Source: Centroscyllium fabricii
Taxonomy: Eukaryota
Length of the DNA stretch: 64,000 nt
Reading direction: 5' to 3'
Assembly (NCBI GenBank): GCA_051313645.2
Contig: JBNRSN020000018.1
Coordinates: forward strand, 37,758,001-37,822,000
A model generated the notes under the pieces. It saw only the letters and a program-made list of their open reading frames with translations. It did not search any database and was not told the origin of the DNA. Positions 1 through 12,830 of the stretch are shown in pieces (position 1 is the first letter of the stretch; the number at the start of each line of letters is the position of its first letter). The position numbers were made by a program, and so were the translations under genes.

Positions 1-425
1 ATGCTTGTTGATCTACATTAACTTCCAGTCCATCGATACCTCTGATTTAAAATTCTCATTCTTGTGTTCAAATCCCTTTATGGTTTTGCTGCTCCCTGTC
101 TGTGTAACCTCTTCCAGCCATTTAACCCTTCAGGAACCCTTGTTGTTCCTCCAACTCTAGGATCGTACACATCTCCCACTCTTTCACCCAGCCATTGGTA
201 GCTGTGTCTTCAGCTGTCCAGACCTGACGCTCTGGTATTCCCTTCATAAAGCTCTCCACCTCACTTTCCTCCTTTACTTTTAAGAACATCTTTTAATGCC
301 TAGCTCTTTGGCGAAGCTTTTAGTCACCTTCCTAATATCTCCTTTTCTGGCTTGGTGTCAATTTTTGTGAAGCACCTTGGGGCGCTTTCCTACAAAAAAG
401 GCACTATATAAAAGCAAATAGTTGG
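1..425 (+). mobile_element. L2-type LINE 3' end, degraded
   Basis: Typical L2 3' region (ttcaaatccct...aacctcttccagcc...) ending gtgaagcaccttggg...ggcactatataaaagcaa. Related copies lie near 34000-34390 and 38860-40270. Confidence 0.6.
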
Positions 426-1830
426 TCAAAAATATTGTGAAAATCAATGAAAGCGGTGGTTTCCTCTGCGTATCGAAATTTTGCAATCTTCTATGAAGCT
501 ACAAACCGTCTTGCATGTTTTTGGTAACAGTAAGTCCAGTCTGTCCCTTTTCTGATAATGTCACATGCCTTTAAAGCATCTAATCTTCATGCAGCAACAA
601 CCCGGAAAAACACCTCGAGAGCCAATGATAGCAACGAGATTCCTTGTACGTTTTCAGTTATACAATGAATTTGACACCTTGTGGATAGAAACCATAAGTG
701 TGCCTTGTTGGCCGTTGGGTGCGTGGGGCTGTGAACTCCATTTCCTCCCAGCCTTCTAACTCTGCAATCCATTCCACTGATTCAACCTAGGGTTGCCTGC
801 TTTCTAAGCCTTATGAATCAGCATTTAAAAATATTTACACTCTCCATCTGTATGAGCCATTCTTTAAGCGGTCACTGTTGCCTACTTGATAAATGTTAAT
901 GATCATTATAGAAAGTTTTATTCTATAACCAATTTACTTGTGCATTTGTATAGCAAGTTCACTCTCAACTGTGCAATTCTCTCAGTGAAATTTCTGTTTT
1001 TGGGTTAACATAGAAACATGGAGCAGGAGTAGGCCATTCGGCCCTTCGAGCCTGCTCCGCCATTAAAAATTGTCCTATTACAGAAAGCTGATTTCATTTG
1101 AAGAAGCCATTGATGACTGTTCTGGGAAAGCTAGTAATTTCAAATTGTTAGCAGTTTGTACAGTATGTTGCACCTGTTTGTATGGCTACTGTAAAATCCT
1201 TAATTTCAGATTTTGTAATGGTAATGTAGTCAATTTAGGGGGTCAGATGATGAGAGTAATATTGAGTAACTGGTCGTCTTGAAGCTGAAATCACTGAATA
1301 TGACCTGACAGTTGTAAAATATTAAGTGCTTTGAAGCTCTGTAGTGTGGACCTTATGACCAGATCCACATCATTATTGCACATAAAAGCAAATGAAAAAT
1401 ACTCCTTCTTTAGTTTGGATCTATAGTTCGGAGGTAAGGGTGATTTAAAAAAAATCATATGCATGCTTAAGATCTGAATTGAATGAAACATCAGTATAAA
1501 AATGTCTTTAAATCTGGCTGCACAATGGTGAGCAGCCCTGATGAAGAATCAAAGATACTCCATATTAGCTGATGGGTACTTGCAGTAAGCTGAGCTGATT
1601 GCTTCGTTGTTGTAATGTTCAGAGAACTATTAAACTCAATATATCAATATTGTTCTTTGCGCTGAGCACTTTGCACTAGGTCGGTTCCTCTGGTTTTTGA
1701 AAGGCTTGTATTCTAGTACCTTATTGGTGTCTCACACATCTCCAAGGAGCTTCATTGTGAATGAACTACTTTTGAAGTGTGGTGACTATCGGCAAGTTCA
1801 GTGACCAACTGTGCAGTGTGGTCTATTGCT

Positions 1831-2430
1831 GAAATAACAGAAGAAAACTCTGGAGAAACTCCGCAGGCCAGGCAGCATTGGTGGCGAGCGAAACAGTTAA
1901 CGTTTCCGGTCGGTGACCTTTCGTCAACTGGAAAAAACAGGAGAGGCGATCGGTTTTCAAGCAAGTGGGGGCTGGGGAAAGAACAAAAGGGAAGATCTGC
2001 GACAGGATAGAAAGCAGGAGAGATTAAGAGACATTGAGAGATATTCAAGGAACACAGGATGGCTCTGGATGAAGTGTGAATGGCTCTAGCAGAGAGAAGA
2101 AAAAAGCCCAGACAAAAGTGTGGATTAAAAAAAGAGAAAATATATACTGTACAGGTCTGTGTGTGTATGTGTATATATATAATGTGTGTGTATAAATAAA
2201 TATATAAATAGGGCCCAAAGTTATGATCTGAAATTGTTGAACTCTATGTTTAGTCCAGAGGGCTGTAGAGTGCCTAAGCGAAAGATGAGGTGCTGTTCCT
2301 CGAGCTTAGGCTGAGTTTCCGTGGAGCAATGCAAGAGGCCGCAGATAGTGAGGTCTGAATGGGAGTGGAGTGGAGAATTAAAGTGACAGGCCACCGGGAG
2401 CTCGGGGTCCCTCTTACTGAACTGTACTGA
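1831..2430 (-). mobile_element. Penelope-like element 3' fragment (GIY-YIG C-terminus plus pseudo-LTR)
   Basis: Minus ORF ends KLEEQHLIFRLGTLQPSGLNIEFNNFR. Terminal repeat with a degenerate hammerhead at ~1893-1928. Confidence 0.75.
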
Positions 2431-2449
2431 TGGGAGAAACACTGGTTTG

Positions 2450-2550
2450 ATTTCAGTCTGTGTTGTCTCTACCATGGCTGGACTTGCCTCAGTGTCCCTA
2501 GCCTAGGGAGAGAAACTCAGCCAGGGTTCTCATTCTTGATTGGCATCGAG
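2450..2550 (+). mobile_element. LF-SINE-like fragment
   Basis: gcctcagtgtccctagcctagggagagaaactcagccagggttctcattcttgat resembles the LF-SINE core as I recall it. Confidence 0.5.
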
Positions 2551-2612
2551 CCCTTCATGTTTTGCTGAAGGTGCTCAGATCCCCAAGTAACTTAATGTTT
2601 TATTACTTACAG

Positions 2613-2754
2613 GACACCCAGAAAGCCAAGCAGTTCCTGCCATTCCTGCAGCGAGCCGGGCGTTCAGAGGCTGTGGTTGAATATGTTTTCAGTGGCTCCC
2701 GCCTGAAGCTCTACATGCCAAAAGAGACCTGTCTGATCACCTTCCTACTGGCAG
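2613..2754 (+). CDS. SND1: Internal coding exon of SND1 (Tudor-SN), probably equivalent to human exon 15
   Basis: Translates [47 protein letters not shown](G), near-identical to vertebrate SND1. Acceptor ttacttacAG ends at 2612 (phase 0); donor CAG|GCAAGT at 2755 (phase 1); 142 bp. No next SND1 exon was recognised in the window. Confidence 0.95.
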
Positions 2755-3354
2755 GCAAGTAGCTAAATATTAACTTGAACTTGGTACCAATTATACCACA
2801 TCTGCAGCATTGGAGGAAAACTGTGTGTGGTAGAGGTTTTAAAAAAAAATCTTAAAGCAAACTGTTGAAACAGCTGCATGTTCTGAAGGTAAACTATAGA
2901 CCTTAACAATTCAACATTACTGTACTACATGGTGACCAGGTGTTGGAGGTACTGGGTGCAAAATACGTTAACTTTTAGCTGATTACCTGGCATTGAAGTG
3001 TTATATTTTATTTGGATGGATGTGGTTCTTCACACACGGAGTGACTAACACTTGGAATGGATTGCCAGGTAGTGGAGGAAGAGCTCCAGGAATCAGGTAA
3101 TCAACAGACCATTGAATGGGAGTAAGTGGTCTGATGGAGCAGATTGTGGGGATTTTGTAACATGGGAGGCATGAAGCAAATTTCAGTATTACTGCTCCTA
3201 ACATTTCTGAATAATTTGAAACGAATTGAGGTTTCAGCCACTGTCTTCAGACAATGTGACCGATGTGTACACTGCAATCTTCCACCTGGTCCGTGTAGCA
3301 TCAGTTACACGGTGTTGTGGCTTGGTGCATCTGTTCTATAAACCTTCTTTCTTG

Positions 3355-3941
3355 GTCTCTCCTGGTCACTAAACACCTCCTCTCTGGTTAAGAAGGCCCA
3401 ACAGCGCCTGTACTTCCTAAGGAAGCTGAAGAAAGCCAGGCTGTCATCCGGCATCCTCTCCAACTTCTACCGCTGCACAATAGAAAGCATACTGACAAGC
3501 TGCATCACTGTCTGGTATGGGAATTGCACCATCTCGGACCGGAAAACCCTGCAGCGGGTAGTCAAAACTGCCCAACGAATTACCGGTACCCAGCTGCCGT
3601 CAATGGAAAGCATCTACCTCAAACGCTGCTTACGGAGGTCTATGACCATTATTAAAGACCCCACACACCCCAGCCACAGTCTGTTCGCCCCCCTGCCCTC
3701 CGGGAGACGCTACAGAGCAATTTGCACCCGCACGACTAGATTTCAGAACAGCTTCTTCCCCAGGGCTGTCAGCCTCCTGAACTCTAAAAAGAAACTCCGG
3801 TACCTGCACGCCTGATAATGAACTTTACTGCATGCAATTTGCATGTAATTTATTTATTTTATCTGCACTACTCTCGGGAGAGTCGAGTCTTCGTCTCGTT
3901 GTACTGTGCAATGACAAAACTTGAATTGAATTGAATTGAAT
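3355..3941 (+). mobile_element. Rex1/Babar LINE, 5'-truncated
   Basis: Open frame WSLNTSSLVKKAQQRLYFLRKLKK...FYRCTIESILTSCITVWYG...HPSHSLFAPLPSGRRYR...RFQNSFFPRAVSLLN; (TTGAA)n tail at 3921-3940. Confidence 0.85.
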
Positions 3942-4767
3942 TCTTGTCAATATGTGACGACAGACTAAAAGATAACTCCGCTCTGATCTTATTCAGGGGA
4001 TGACTTGCTTTGGTCCCAAGAGTGGTAACTCTTTGGAATGAGCCTGCCAATTGAGAGAAGGGTGTCAGATTTAGAATCACAAATACAGTTGGTGTGTAAT
4101 TAGGATGTTGCCTGAGTTGCAGGCCAGTGTAGTCTTGTTTGCAGGTGGATTTGAAAAATGATTATCGATGTGTTTGTTGTTTTGTTGCACTCATTTAAAA
4201 AGGTATTGGTCTTTGTAGAAGTAGTATTGGGGGAAACTTTTAAATCTCACTCTTTTTCAGAATGGGAGCTTCACTGTTCACTCAATGATTTTCTTATGAT
4301 CTGGATGGACTTGAAAGAGATTATCTTTTATTATCTCTGTGTTACTGTGGGTTTTTACAGATTGTGAATCTGTCAGTACATTCATTTGTTTGAAGACTAA
4401 ATTTGAATTTGACAGTAAAAGTATGTCCTTACCCAATTGCTCATTAAGAATTTATGGATCACAATTTTGGTATATAAATGGCATTTGGGTGTAGAAGCAA
4501 TTGCTAAAGGCAGAGCTTTATCAATCGGACCTTGCTTTACATTTTTTTTTGAAAGTGTCTCATTATATAACACCCTTTGGGTTTTTTGACTATCTTCTGA
4601 TTTTTTTGGGGGAAAGCTAATCTCACCATTGGAGGGCAAGCTTGGTTACTGAGCCTGTTGGGAGCTGAATTAATCTGTCTGTGGCCTTTAACTGATGCAA
4701 TGCTTTGGTGCAATGTGTACACAATCGGTGCAAATTTAGCATGAAATGAATAGTGTAACTGCGTCGA

Positions 4768-5425
4768 CAACAGAAAATGCTGGAAAAACTCAGCAGGCCA
4801 GGTCGCATCCGTGGAGAGAGAAATTGAGTTGACGTTTCAGGTCTGGGACCCTTCATCCGAACTGGAATAAACTGGAAATGTAACAGCTATTAAGCAGGTG
4901 CAGAGACAGTTTGGGGGGGGGGGGGGGGTGCGGTTTGGAGGGGAGGAAGGATTGAAAGAACATGCTGTGAAAATGTAGCAAATGGGAATGGCAAAATCAT
5001 ACAACATGAAAAATGGGGGCAGGGATTATTATCTGAAAATATTGAACTCGATATTGAGTCCGGAAGGCTGTAAAGTGCCTAATTGAAAGATGAGGTGCTG
5101 ATCCTCGAGCTTACGTTGAGCTTCATTGGAACAGTGTAAGAGTCCGAGGACAGAGAGATCAGAGTGGGAGTGAAGTGGAAAATTGAAGTGACAGGCGGCC
5201 GGAAGCTCAGGGTCACCCTTTACGACTGAACGGAGGTGTTCCGCAAAGCGGTCGCTCAGTCTGCGTTTCGCCTCCCCAATGTAGAGGAGGCCGCATCGTG
5301 AGCAGTGAATACAATATATTAAATTGCAAGAAGTACAAGTAAATCACTGTTTCACCTGGAAGGGGTGTTTGGGGTCCTGGAGAGTGGGAAAGGAGGAGGT
5401 GAAAGGGCAGGTGTTTTGTTTTTGG
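4768..5425 (-). mobile_element. Penelope-like element fragment
   Basis: Minus strand encodes a GIY-YIG region (FTCTSCNLIYCIHCSRCGLLYIGE...); same terminal repeat as 1831-1930. Confidence 0.8.
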
Positions 5426-5770
5426 AAAACCCGTACCCCTTGATGTGATATCCCTGTCGGACCCTCGCAGTGTGTGATGCACTGCTTACTTTTATTGCCA
5501 GTTACAGCTGGCGCAGGCTCCCCAAAACTGATGCCTGGAAAGCCAGCATTCTCCTTACATGAAGAATTGCCAGGAGAAGTTACTGAGCCCAATCATGAGC
5601 TGAATTAGCATTAGTAAATGTCATTACTCCATGGGGCACCTTTCAGCTCTCTAAGTTCAGCTTGCTCTGTTGGATTGAGTAACGTTAATGAGATGGTTCT
5701 TTAAATTAGGTTATTGGTACTTCATACATTTTTGAAAGCACGAGCTGACGATCTTAGATTGCGTTCATTA

Positions 5771-6225
5771 GGGGAGTACGGTAGTATAATTGTTATTGGA
5801 CTAATAATCCAGAGAATTTGAGTTCAGATCCCACCATGGCAGTTCGAGAATTTGAATTCAGTTCATAGAATCCTAGAATGTTACAGCACAGAAGATGACC
5901 ATTTGGCCCATCTTGCCTGTGCTGACTCATTGAAAGTTTAAAAACAAAGGCTGGTGTTCGTAAAAGTGACCGTGAAGCTGTCAGATTGTCACGAGAACCC
6001 GGCTTTCCTTGCCTGGTCTGGCCGATATATAACTCCAGTCCCACACCAAAGTGGTCAACTCTTCGCTGCCCTCTGAAGTGAACTAGCAAGCCAATCAGTT
6101 GAATGAAACCAATACAAAGAATACTATGCGAACTGCACAGTAGGCCCACCACCACCTTCAAGGCAATTAGGGATGGGCAATGAAAGCCGACCCTGCCAGC
6201 GACTCCCACATCCAGAGAATGAGTT
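5771..6225 (+). mobile_element. tRNA-derived SINE with the 3' tail of LINE family 2
   Basis: B-box-like gagttcagatccc. The 3' end caccaccaccttcaaggcaattagggatgggcaat...cccacatcc matches the 3' end of the LINE at 17981-18800. Confidence 0.6.
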
Positions 6226-6607
6226 TTAAAATAAAACAAAATCCGAGCGAATTCCGCTGGGTGCGATTGCCTCTTTTCTACCCATTCAACTGGGCTTGAA
6301 GCCTTTTTAGGTGCCTGGGTGGGATGAAGTTATCTACCTGGCTCGTGCTAGGATTAGGAGATTCATGTTTAAGGTAGCTTGGCACTAATCACTGACTTTT
6401 TGTGGATCGTAGCTACACTAAAGGACAAGAATGTCTCGGGGGTCATAAATAATTCGAGCAGGATTTATACTGGTCTCCTATGCATTTGCTTATAAGTTGC
6501 TGCTTGCGTGGCAGCAGTTTGCATACGAGCATAATCTTAATAAGTCCCTTTCTCCTGGATTCTATTTTATATTTGGACAATCGCAATGGAATGGTGAAAA
6601 TGCAATA

Positions 6608-6944
6608 CAGGTACACAATCCTTTATCCGAAAACCTCGGGACCGCATAGCTCTCTGATTTCGGATAATTTCAGTTTTCGGAATGGTCGCATTAACGTACG
6701 TTTTTCTGCAGCGAATCTTGTAAATATTCACAAAAGTGGGTCAGTCTGCTGCGCTTTTAGGCATTTTTCCAAAAAATAACGCCGCAAATTCGCAAAAATA
6801 TCGGAGATCAGCTGTCAGATACTGACGCCTCTGACCTGCGTGGGTCACGTCGGGTCATTTTTCGCGCGCAGCTCGGGTCATTTGAAATTTCATTTTTTGG
6901 AGGTTTTTAGTTTTCGGAGTTGCGGATAAAGGATTGTGTACCTG
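6608..6944. mobile_element. pogo/Tigger-type MITE, family B
   Basis: Perfect TIR CAGGTACACAATCCTTTATCCG / CGGATAAAGGATTGTGTACCTG, with TA on both sides. Confidence 0.9.
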
Positions 6945-7212
6945 TAATTTGCAAATTTCAATGTTCAGGTGTGGTGGTATTGAACCATGCTGTTGGGTTC
7001 TCTTTCTTTTCTCCTTCAGGCATAATTTATTCCAAAAAAAAACCTGTCTCCTGCTTGGTGCCATCCACTTCTCCCTTGTAAACCGCTGAGACATTCTTTG
7101 AGATGTTGGGCTGCAAATGCATCTTGTGGATGGTGGTTGCATTCCTGTCGACGTTTAATTAATGTGGATTTTTGTAAAATTTGGAGTGGGATGGGCAGGG
7201 TAATGGCAACTA

Positions 7213-7413
7213 TGATGTGGAGGTGCCGGTGTTGGACTGGGGTGGACAATTGCAAGAAGTCACACAACACCAGGTTATAGTCCAACAGTTTTATTTTAAA
7301 TCACAAGCTTTCGGAGCCTCTCTTTCCACCTGACGAAGGGGCGAACGCTCCGAAAGCTTGTAATTTAAAATAAAACTGTTGGACTATAATCTGGTGTTGT
7401 GTGACTTCTTGCA
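7213..7413. mobile_element. Penelope pseudo-LTR inverted pair (hairpin) with hammerhead motif
   Basis: Arms ~7250-7317 and ~7348-7413 are reverse complements. Contains CAC-CTGACGA-AGGGGC..GCTCC-GAAA-GCTT. TSD-like taatggcaacta on both sides. Confidence 0.85.
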
Positions 7414-8317
7414 ATAATGGCAAGCAATAATGGCAACTAGTTGGAGCACTGAAGAATGGTTGGGAAATGCGACTTGGGAAAGGCAGCTGAAGGCACGACT
7501 ACCACTGGTGGAGCAATTCAAATCGAAGATGCGCAAGAGGCCAGAATCGGAGGAGGAGTGCAGCGATCTCGAAGGGTTGTAGAGCTGGAGGAGGTTGGAG
7601 ATAGGAAGGGGCAATGTAAGGAGGTACAAGAAGAAAATAATTGAAGTCTCGCACTCGACTAAACAGAAGCGGGAAAAGAAACGCGAGTGTAGTTGCACCG
7701 TGACAGATGTGTACAGCCAGCTGACATATTTAGTGATCAAAGCGCTCATGCAAGGTCTTATCAATGAAGAGAACCCTCCAACTGTGAACAGCGAGACTCG
7801 GAGAAGGAGGGGGCATGCACCTGACGGCAACAGCGCTGATCTTATCATGTGAGTGATCGGCCATGCTCTTGAAACAAACTTGACACGTCAGCCTGTTTGA
7901 GGGATCTTTAGAGAATAAGCTATTTGCGCTTTCTCTGAGGCTTTTTGTTAAGAAGTCTGGGTCATTAATAGGTGATTAATGGTATGGCCCACAGGATTGC
8001 AAGGTCACCTTAGATCAGTGGGGTGCACTGCAGCTCAATGTTCTTGGAAACCAACCTGCCTGCAATTCACAGACAGGTACAATGCAAACCTTTTATAAGT
8101 GATCCATGTTGCCCTGTTTTATTCAACTTAACAAATGTCCATTAAATCTAGGAAATGTGACCGTCAGATGCACCCCAATAATGACGGTTCCATATCTTTA
8201 AATCAAAGTGCCTTTACAATTCACCCGTGTAGATATTTAACTGATTTTATTTTGATCAGTCAGCTGAATAACTTCCTATGTGAATTATTAAGCATAAACT
8301 GGGAGTAATATCTCAAT

Positions 8318-8972
8318 GGGGCGGCACGGTGGCATAGTGGTTAGCACTGTTGCCTCACAGCTCTGCAGACCCGGGTTCAAATCCGGCCTCGGGTGACTAT
8401 CTGTGTGGAGTTTGCACATTCTCCCCGTGTCTGCGTGAGTTTCCTCCCGGTGCTCCGGTTTCCTCCCACAGTCCAAAGATGTGCGGGTTAGGTTGATTGG
8501 CCAGGATAAATTGACCCTTAGTGTTAGGGGGATTGATTATGTGGGGTTACGGGGATAGGGTGGGATATGTGTCGGTGCAGGCTCGATAGGTGTGGTGAAC
8601 CATTTAGTGTGGTTCACACTGTTATTATTGTATATAGTTTGTGCTAATAAATCTGTTCCTTTCTGTAAGGACCTGGACCAGCTGACCCCGCCTCCGGGTA
8701 TGAGTATAAAGGAGGATGTTCCGCCCACCCGACTCTCATTCCGGGCGGACTCATCCCGGACCAGGTCTAGTTCTTAGCTAATAAAAGCCTTCAATTACTT
8801 TTCACCAAAGACTGGCGTAATTGATTTGCGCATCAATAGGGATCGAGGGGTATGGGGAGAGGGCAGGGGCGGGGTACTGGGTTTGGATGATCAGCCATGA
8901 TCTCATTGAATGGCGGAGCGGGCTCGAAGGGCCGAATGGCCTACTCCTGCTCCTATCTTCTATGTTTCTATG
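8318..8972 (+). mobile_element. HE1-like V-SINE interrupted by a solo LTR
   Basis: A box TGGCATAGTGG, B box GGTTCAAATCC, V-domain tgtgtggagtttgcacattctccccgtgtctgcgtg, CR1-derived tail with (tttctatg)n. Confidence 0.9.
8591..8835 (+). mobile_element. Solo LTR (Gypsy-type)
   Basis: TG...CA ends, TATAAA and AATAAA, 5-bp TSD ATAGG (8586-8590 / 8836-8840). Confidence 0.9.
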
Positions 8973-8979
8973 ACTTGTA

Positions 8980-9346
8980 CAGGTTGTGCACCGTTAATCC
9001 GGCACTCTCGGGACCAGGTAGGCTGCCGGACTGCTGAAAATGCCGAACCACTGAAGGTTCGGGGAGCGCATGCGCAGACCAGTCAAAATGGCCGCTGTGC
9101 ATGCGCAGACCAGTCAAAATGGCCGCTGTGCATGCGCAGACCAGTCAAAATGGCCGCTGCGCATGCGCAGACCAGTCAAAGAGTGATGGAATGGGACTCT
9201 CCGGTGCTGCCGGGGAGAGGCCCGCGCATCGCGGGGTGCTGCCGGGGTGAGGCCCGCGCATTGCGAGCGTCCCTTGGATCACGTGGGCCAGCCAGCGGGA
9301 TTCGTGCTGGACCACTGAAGGTGCCAGATTAACGGTGCACAACCTG
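8980..9346. mobile_element. pogo/Tigger-type MITE, family A (NRF1/YY1-rich)
   Basis: TIR CAGGTTGTGCACCGTTAATC / GATTAACGGTGCACAACCTG, TA TSD, internal 31-bp tandem array. Confidence 0.9.
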
Positions 9347-9991
9347 TATTTATATGGCGCCTTTAATGTAGTAACACATCCCAAGGCACTTCACAGGAGC
9401 GTTATCAGACAGAATTTAATACCGTGTCACAGAGATATTGGGGCAAGTGACTGGGTGGGTTTTAAAGAGCTGCTTAAAGGAGCAAAGAGGGGTAGAGAGA
9501 TGGAGAGGTTTAGGGAGGGAGTCCTGGGTATAGACTCCAGAAGTGAGGTGTACTAAAGGCAGAAGACCGATTCCAGCTAGACAAGTCATTGCTAATTTAA
9601 ATTTCCTGCCACTATTCTACTTGTTCTTGTCTGGTTTATCCATGTTGTTGGGACAAACAATATCCCCTATAAGTAGAGCGAACACTAGTTCAACAGTCGG
9701 GAGATTTGCATTTGATACTGAGACTAGACTTGGTCTTAAATTAACTCCTTTGTTGTAAAATTCTGCCTAATTTATGACAAGTCTGTCGTCAGCTGTTTCA
9801 GTGGAAGCTCTCTTCATCGAAATTATAACATGATCCTGAAGGTTGATAACCTGAGCTGAGGCTATCCGAGAATAGATGTTCAGTGTGAAGAAATGCATGT
9901 GCCTGCTGTAGTTCTGTTGTGGCCATATGGCTCGTTTGTTTGCCAACTACAGTCATCTCTAATGGATTTAGGATATTTAGTTTCCCTTCAC

Positions 9992-10401
9992 GGGGCGGCA
10001 CGGTGGCATAGTGGTTAGCACTGTTGCCTCACAGCTCTGGAGACCCGGGTTCAAATCCAGCCTCGGGTGACTTTCTGTGTGGAGTTTGCACATTCTCCCC
10101 GTGTCTGCGTGGGTTTCCTCCGGGTGCTCCGGTTTCCTCCCACAGTCCAAAGATGTGCGGGGTTAGGTGGATTGGCCAGGATAAATTGACCCTTAGTGTT
10201 AGGGGGATTGAATATGTGGGGTTACGGGGATAGGGTGGGATATGTGTTGGTGCAGGCTCGATAGGGATCGAGGGATATGGGGGGAAGGCAGGGATAGGGT
10301 GCTGGGTTTGGATGATCAGCCATGATCTCATTGAATGGCGGAGCAGGCTCGAAGGGCCGAATGGCCTACTCCTGCTCCTAGTTTCTATGTTTCTATGTTT
10401 C
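9992..10401 (+). mobile_element. Full-length HE1-like V-SINE
   Basis: A/B boxes, V-domain and CR1-type tail. Confidence 0.9.
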
Positions 10402-12413
10402 AGTATTTACTGCTGGATTAATGGCAATGGAAGGAATGGATTTTGTTTATATAGTGCTTTATTCCAGCTCTCACCTAGCGATGTTTCCCATACACTAGAT
10501 TGCTTTGAAATATACTGATGAGAATATATGCAAACGAGACAGCTGTTTTTCATACAAGAAGCTTCCACAACAAGCAGTGGCGTGAATGGCCAGTTAATCT
10601 GATTGTGGGAGCATTGGTTGAGGTATGATTGTTGGACAGGACCCCAGGAGAATTCCTTTGAGTATTGCCATGGAATCTTTAGTGTCCATCTGAACCATGA
10701 GAACAGCCACGTGGAACCTTGGTTTAACGTTTCATTCCAAGGATTGCACCATAGACAATCCGTCATTCCCTCCGTGCTGAGCGTCGGGTTGAATCACATA
10801 CATAGAATTACCTAGAATGTACAGCACAGGGACAGGCCATACGGCTCAACTGGTCCATGCCGATGTTTATGCTCCACACAAGCATTGAATCTCCACACGT
10901 TTAATCGGTGTGTAAAGTAGATGGGTTGAGTCCAGCCTGCCTGTCCTTTGGTTTAGAGGTGAAGGGCACTCAAAGCCGTTATGCCACCCAATACACATTT
11001 GCTTCCTTTTGGTTCTGGAACTATAAGTGTGCAGCAGCACGTTCACTCGCTGTCTGAAACCATCATCTTGGGCGACGGCAGCCTATGAATTTAATACTTA
11101 ATCCCTACTTGGATTTTTAAGACGTTGTCCAGTCATAAGTGATGTATTGAGCTGCATTAAATGGCCTCCCTCCTTGTGCTAATCCTCAGTAAATTCAGCT
11201 GCATTTTAATTTCAATTTTTTCTTTCTTTCTTTCCACCATGCTGGCGTGGGACTACTGCTGCACAGTGAGCAGAGACAATACTCGCGTTTACATAAATGC
11301 ACATTTTGGGATGGTGGCATACGGTCTCACTGTCAAAGAAGCCCTTTTGTAATTTGACTTGTTCCCTGTTGTGTATACACTCTGTATCCTTTACAAATGA
11401 AGAATGGTGCTGCCATTTTCCTTGACCATCTTGTCTCGGAAGGGGGGGGGGGTGGAATTGGGTGCAGTTTGTGAGACTTTTGGATTGACATGGTTCTGAG
11501 AATACCATGTTCTTGAAACCAATGGTTTAAATACCTGAATGTTCAAACTTTTCTGATAGCTTTGCAGTGTTGGAAGACACTTATAGTTGAAAGTTATTGT
11601 ATCCTGTAACAGACATGAATATTGAGCAAATGGACCGAGGTGTTTCAGTGATTAATATAAATCTGCTTTTGCCTGTTGTGACTTCTTTTGCACAGCACCT
11701 GTTATGGCACTAAAATCCAATCACCATTAATATTAACAAATCATTTTTCAATCTCTCACTGATGTGTTCATGGAAAAAATTGTGGCAATGCAACCAGAGA
11801 CAGGTTGCACTTTCCATGAAGTATTTCAAATGGTTAAAATGTTCCTGGAAGTGTTGATTTTTCTGACTTTTCTTGTCTCCCTCTCTTCCTTCACCTTGAT
11901 TTCAATTGAGTGATTAGTCTGCCACATTTGTCAAGCCTTATCCCCTTTTGTCTTTTTGGTTTTCTCGCTTCATCTGTGACTGAGGAAGCCTTTGGTGAAA
12001 TATTTCAAGGAAAACAACTTTCCTTGCAATTTTATTGCTACCAGTCCAGAGGTAAAATAAAACAACTGACAGGTTACAATATCCTGTAATATGTTGAGTA
12101 ATGTCTTCCTAATGTGAGCTGCAGGCTGATTTAGAGGTCTTCACACAGAACTTGCATTTTATAGCATCTCATTGCAATTCTCAAAGCACTTCACTTCTAC
12201 CAGATGACTCTTTTATATTATGCCCATCACCCTGTGTGTGTAAATCCTCAGTACCTGTACTGCGCTGAAGTGTTGACCTAAATTGTGTGTGGGAGTCCTG
12301 GAGTGGGGCTTGAACCTGCAACCTTCTGACTCTGGAAGGCAAGAGTGCCACAGACAAACCAAGTTGTGGCATTTTTGGCCAGGGGAGTAGAGCTGGAAAG
12401 GATTATAGATATA

Positions 12414-12830
12414 GTGTATCAACTCTGGCTCAGTGGGTAGCACCCTTGCCTCTGAGTCAGAAGGTTGTGGTTTCAAGTCCCACTCCAGAGACATGAGCAC
12501 AAAAATCTAGGCTAACGCTCCAGTACTGAGGGATTGCTGCACTATCGGAGGTGTGCCATCTTTCAGATGAGACGTTGAATCCCATGGCATTATATTGAAG
12601 AGGAGCAGGGGAGTTATCCCCAGTGTCCTTGACGATATTTATCCCTCAATCAACATCATTAAAACAGATTATCTGGTCAGCATCACATTGCTGTCCGTGC
12701 GCAAATTGTCCGCTACGTTTCCTCCATTACAACAGTGATTAACCATCAAAAATGTACTTCATTGGCTGTAAAGCACTTTGGGACATCCGGTGGTCGTGAA
12801 AGGTGCTATATAAATGCAAGTCTTTCTTTT
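12414..12830 (+). mobile_element. DeuSINE/SacSINE1-like SINE
   Basis: tRNA head (tggctcagtgg...ttcaagtccc), Deu-domain-like middle, L2-type tail gaaaggtgctatataaatgcaagtctttc. Confidence 0.75.

Noticed and set aside
7384-7852. 154-aa and 85-aa ORFs as host genes
   Set aside because: They span L2 and Penelope remnants; no recognisable homology or convincing splice signals.
9992-10070. tRNA genes
   Set aside because: The A/B boxes belong to SINE heads that continue into V- or Deu-domains and LINE tails.
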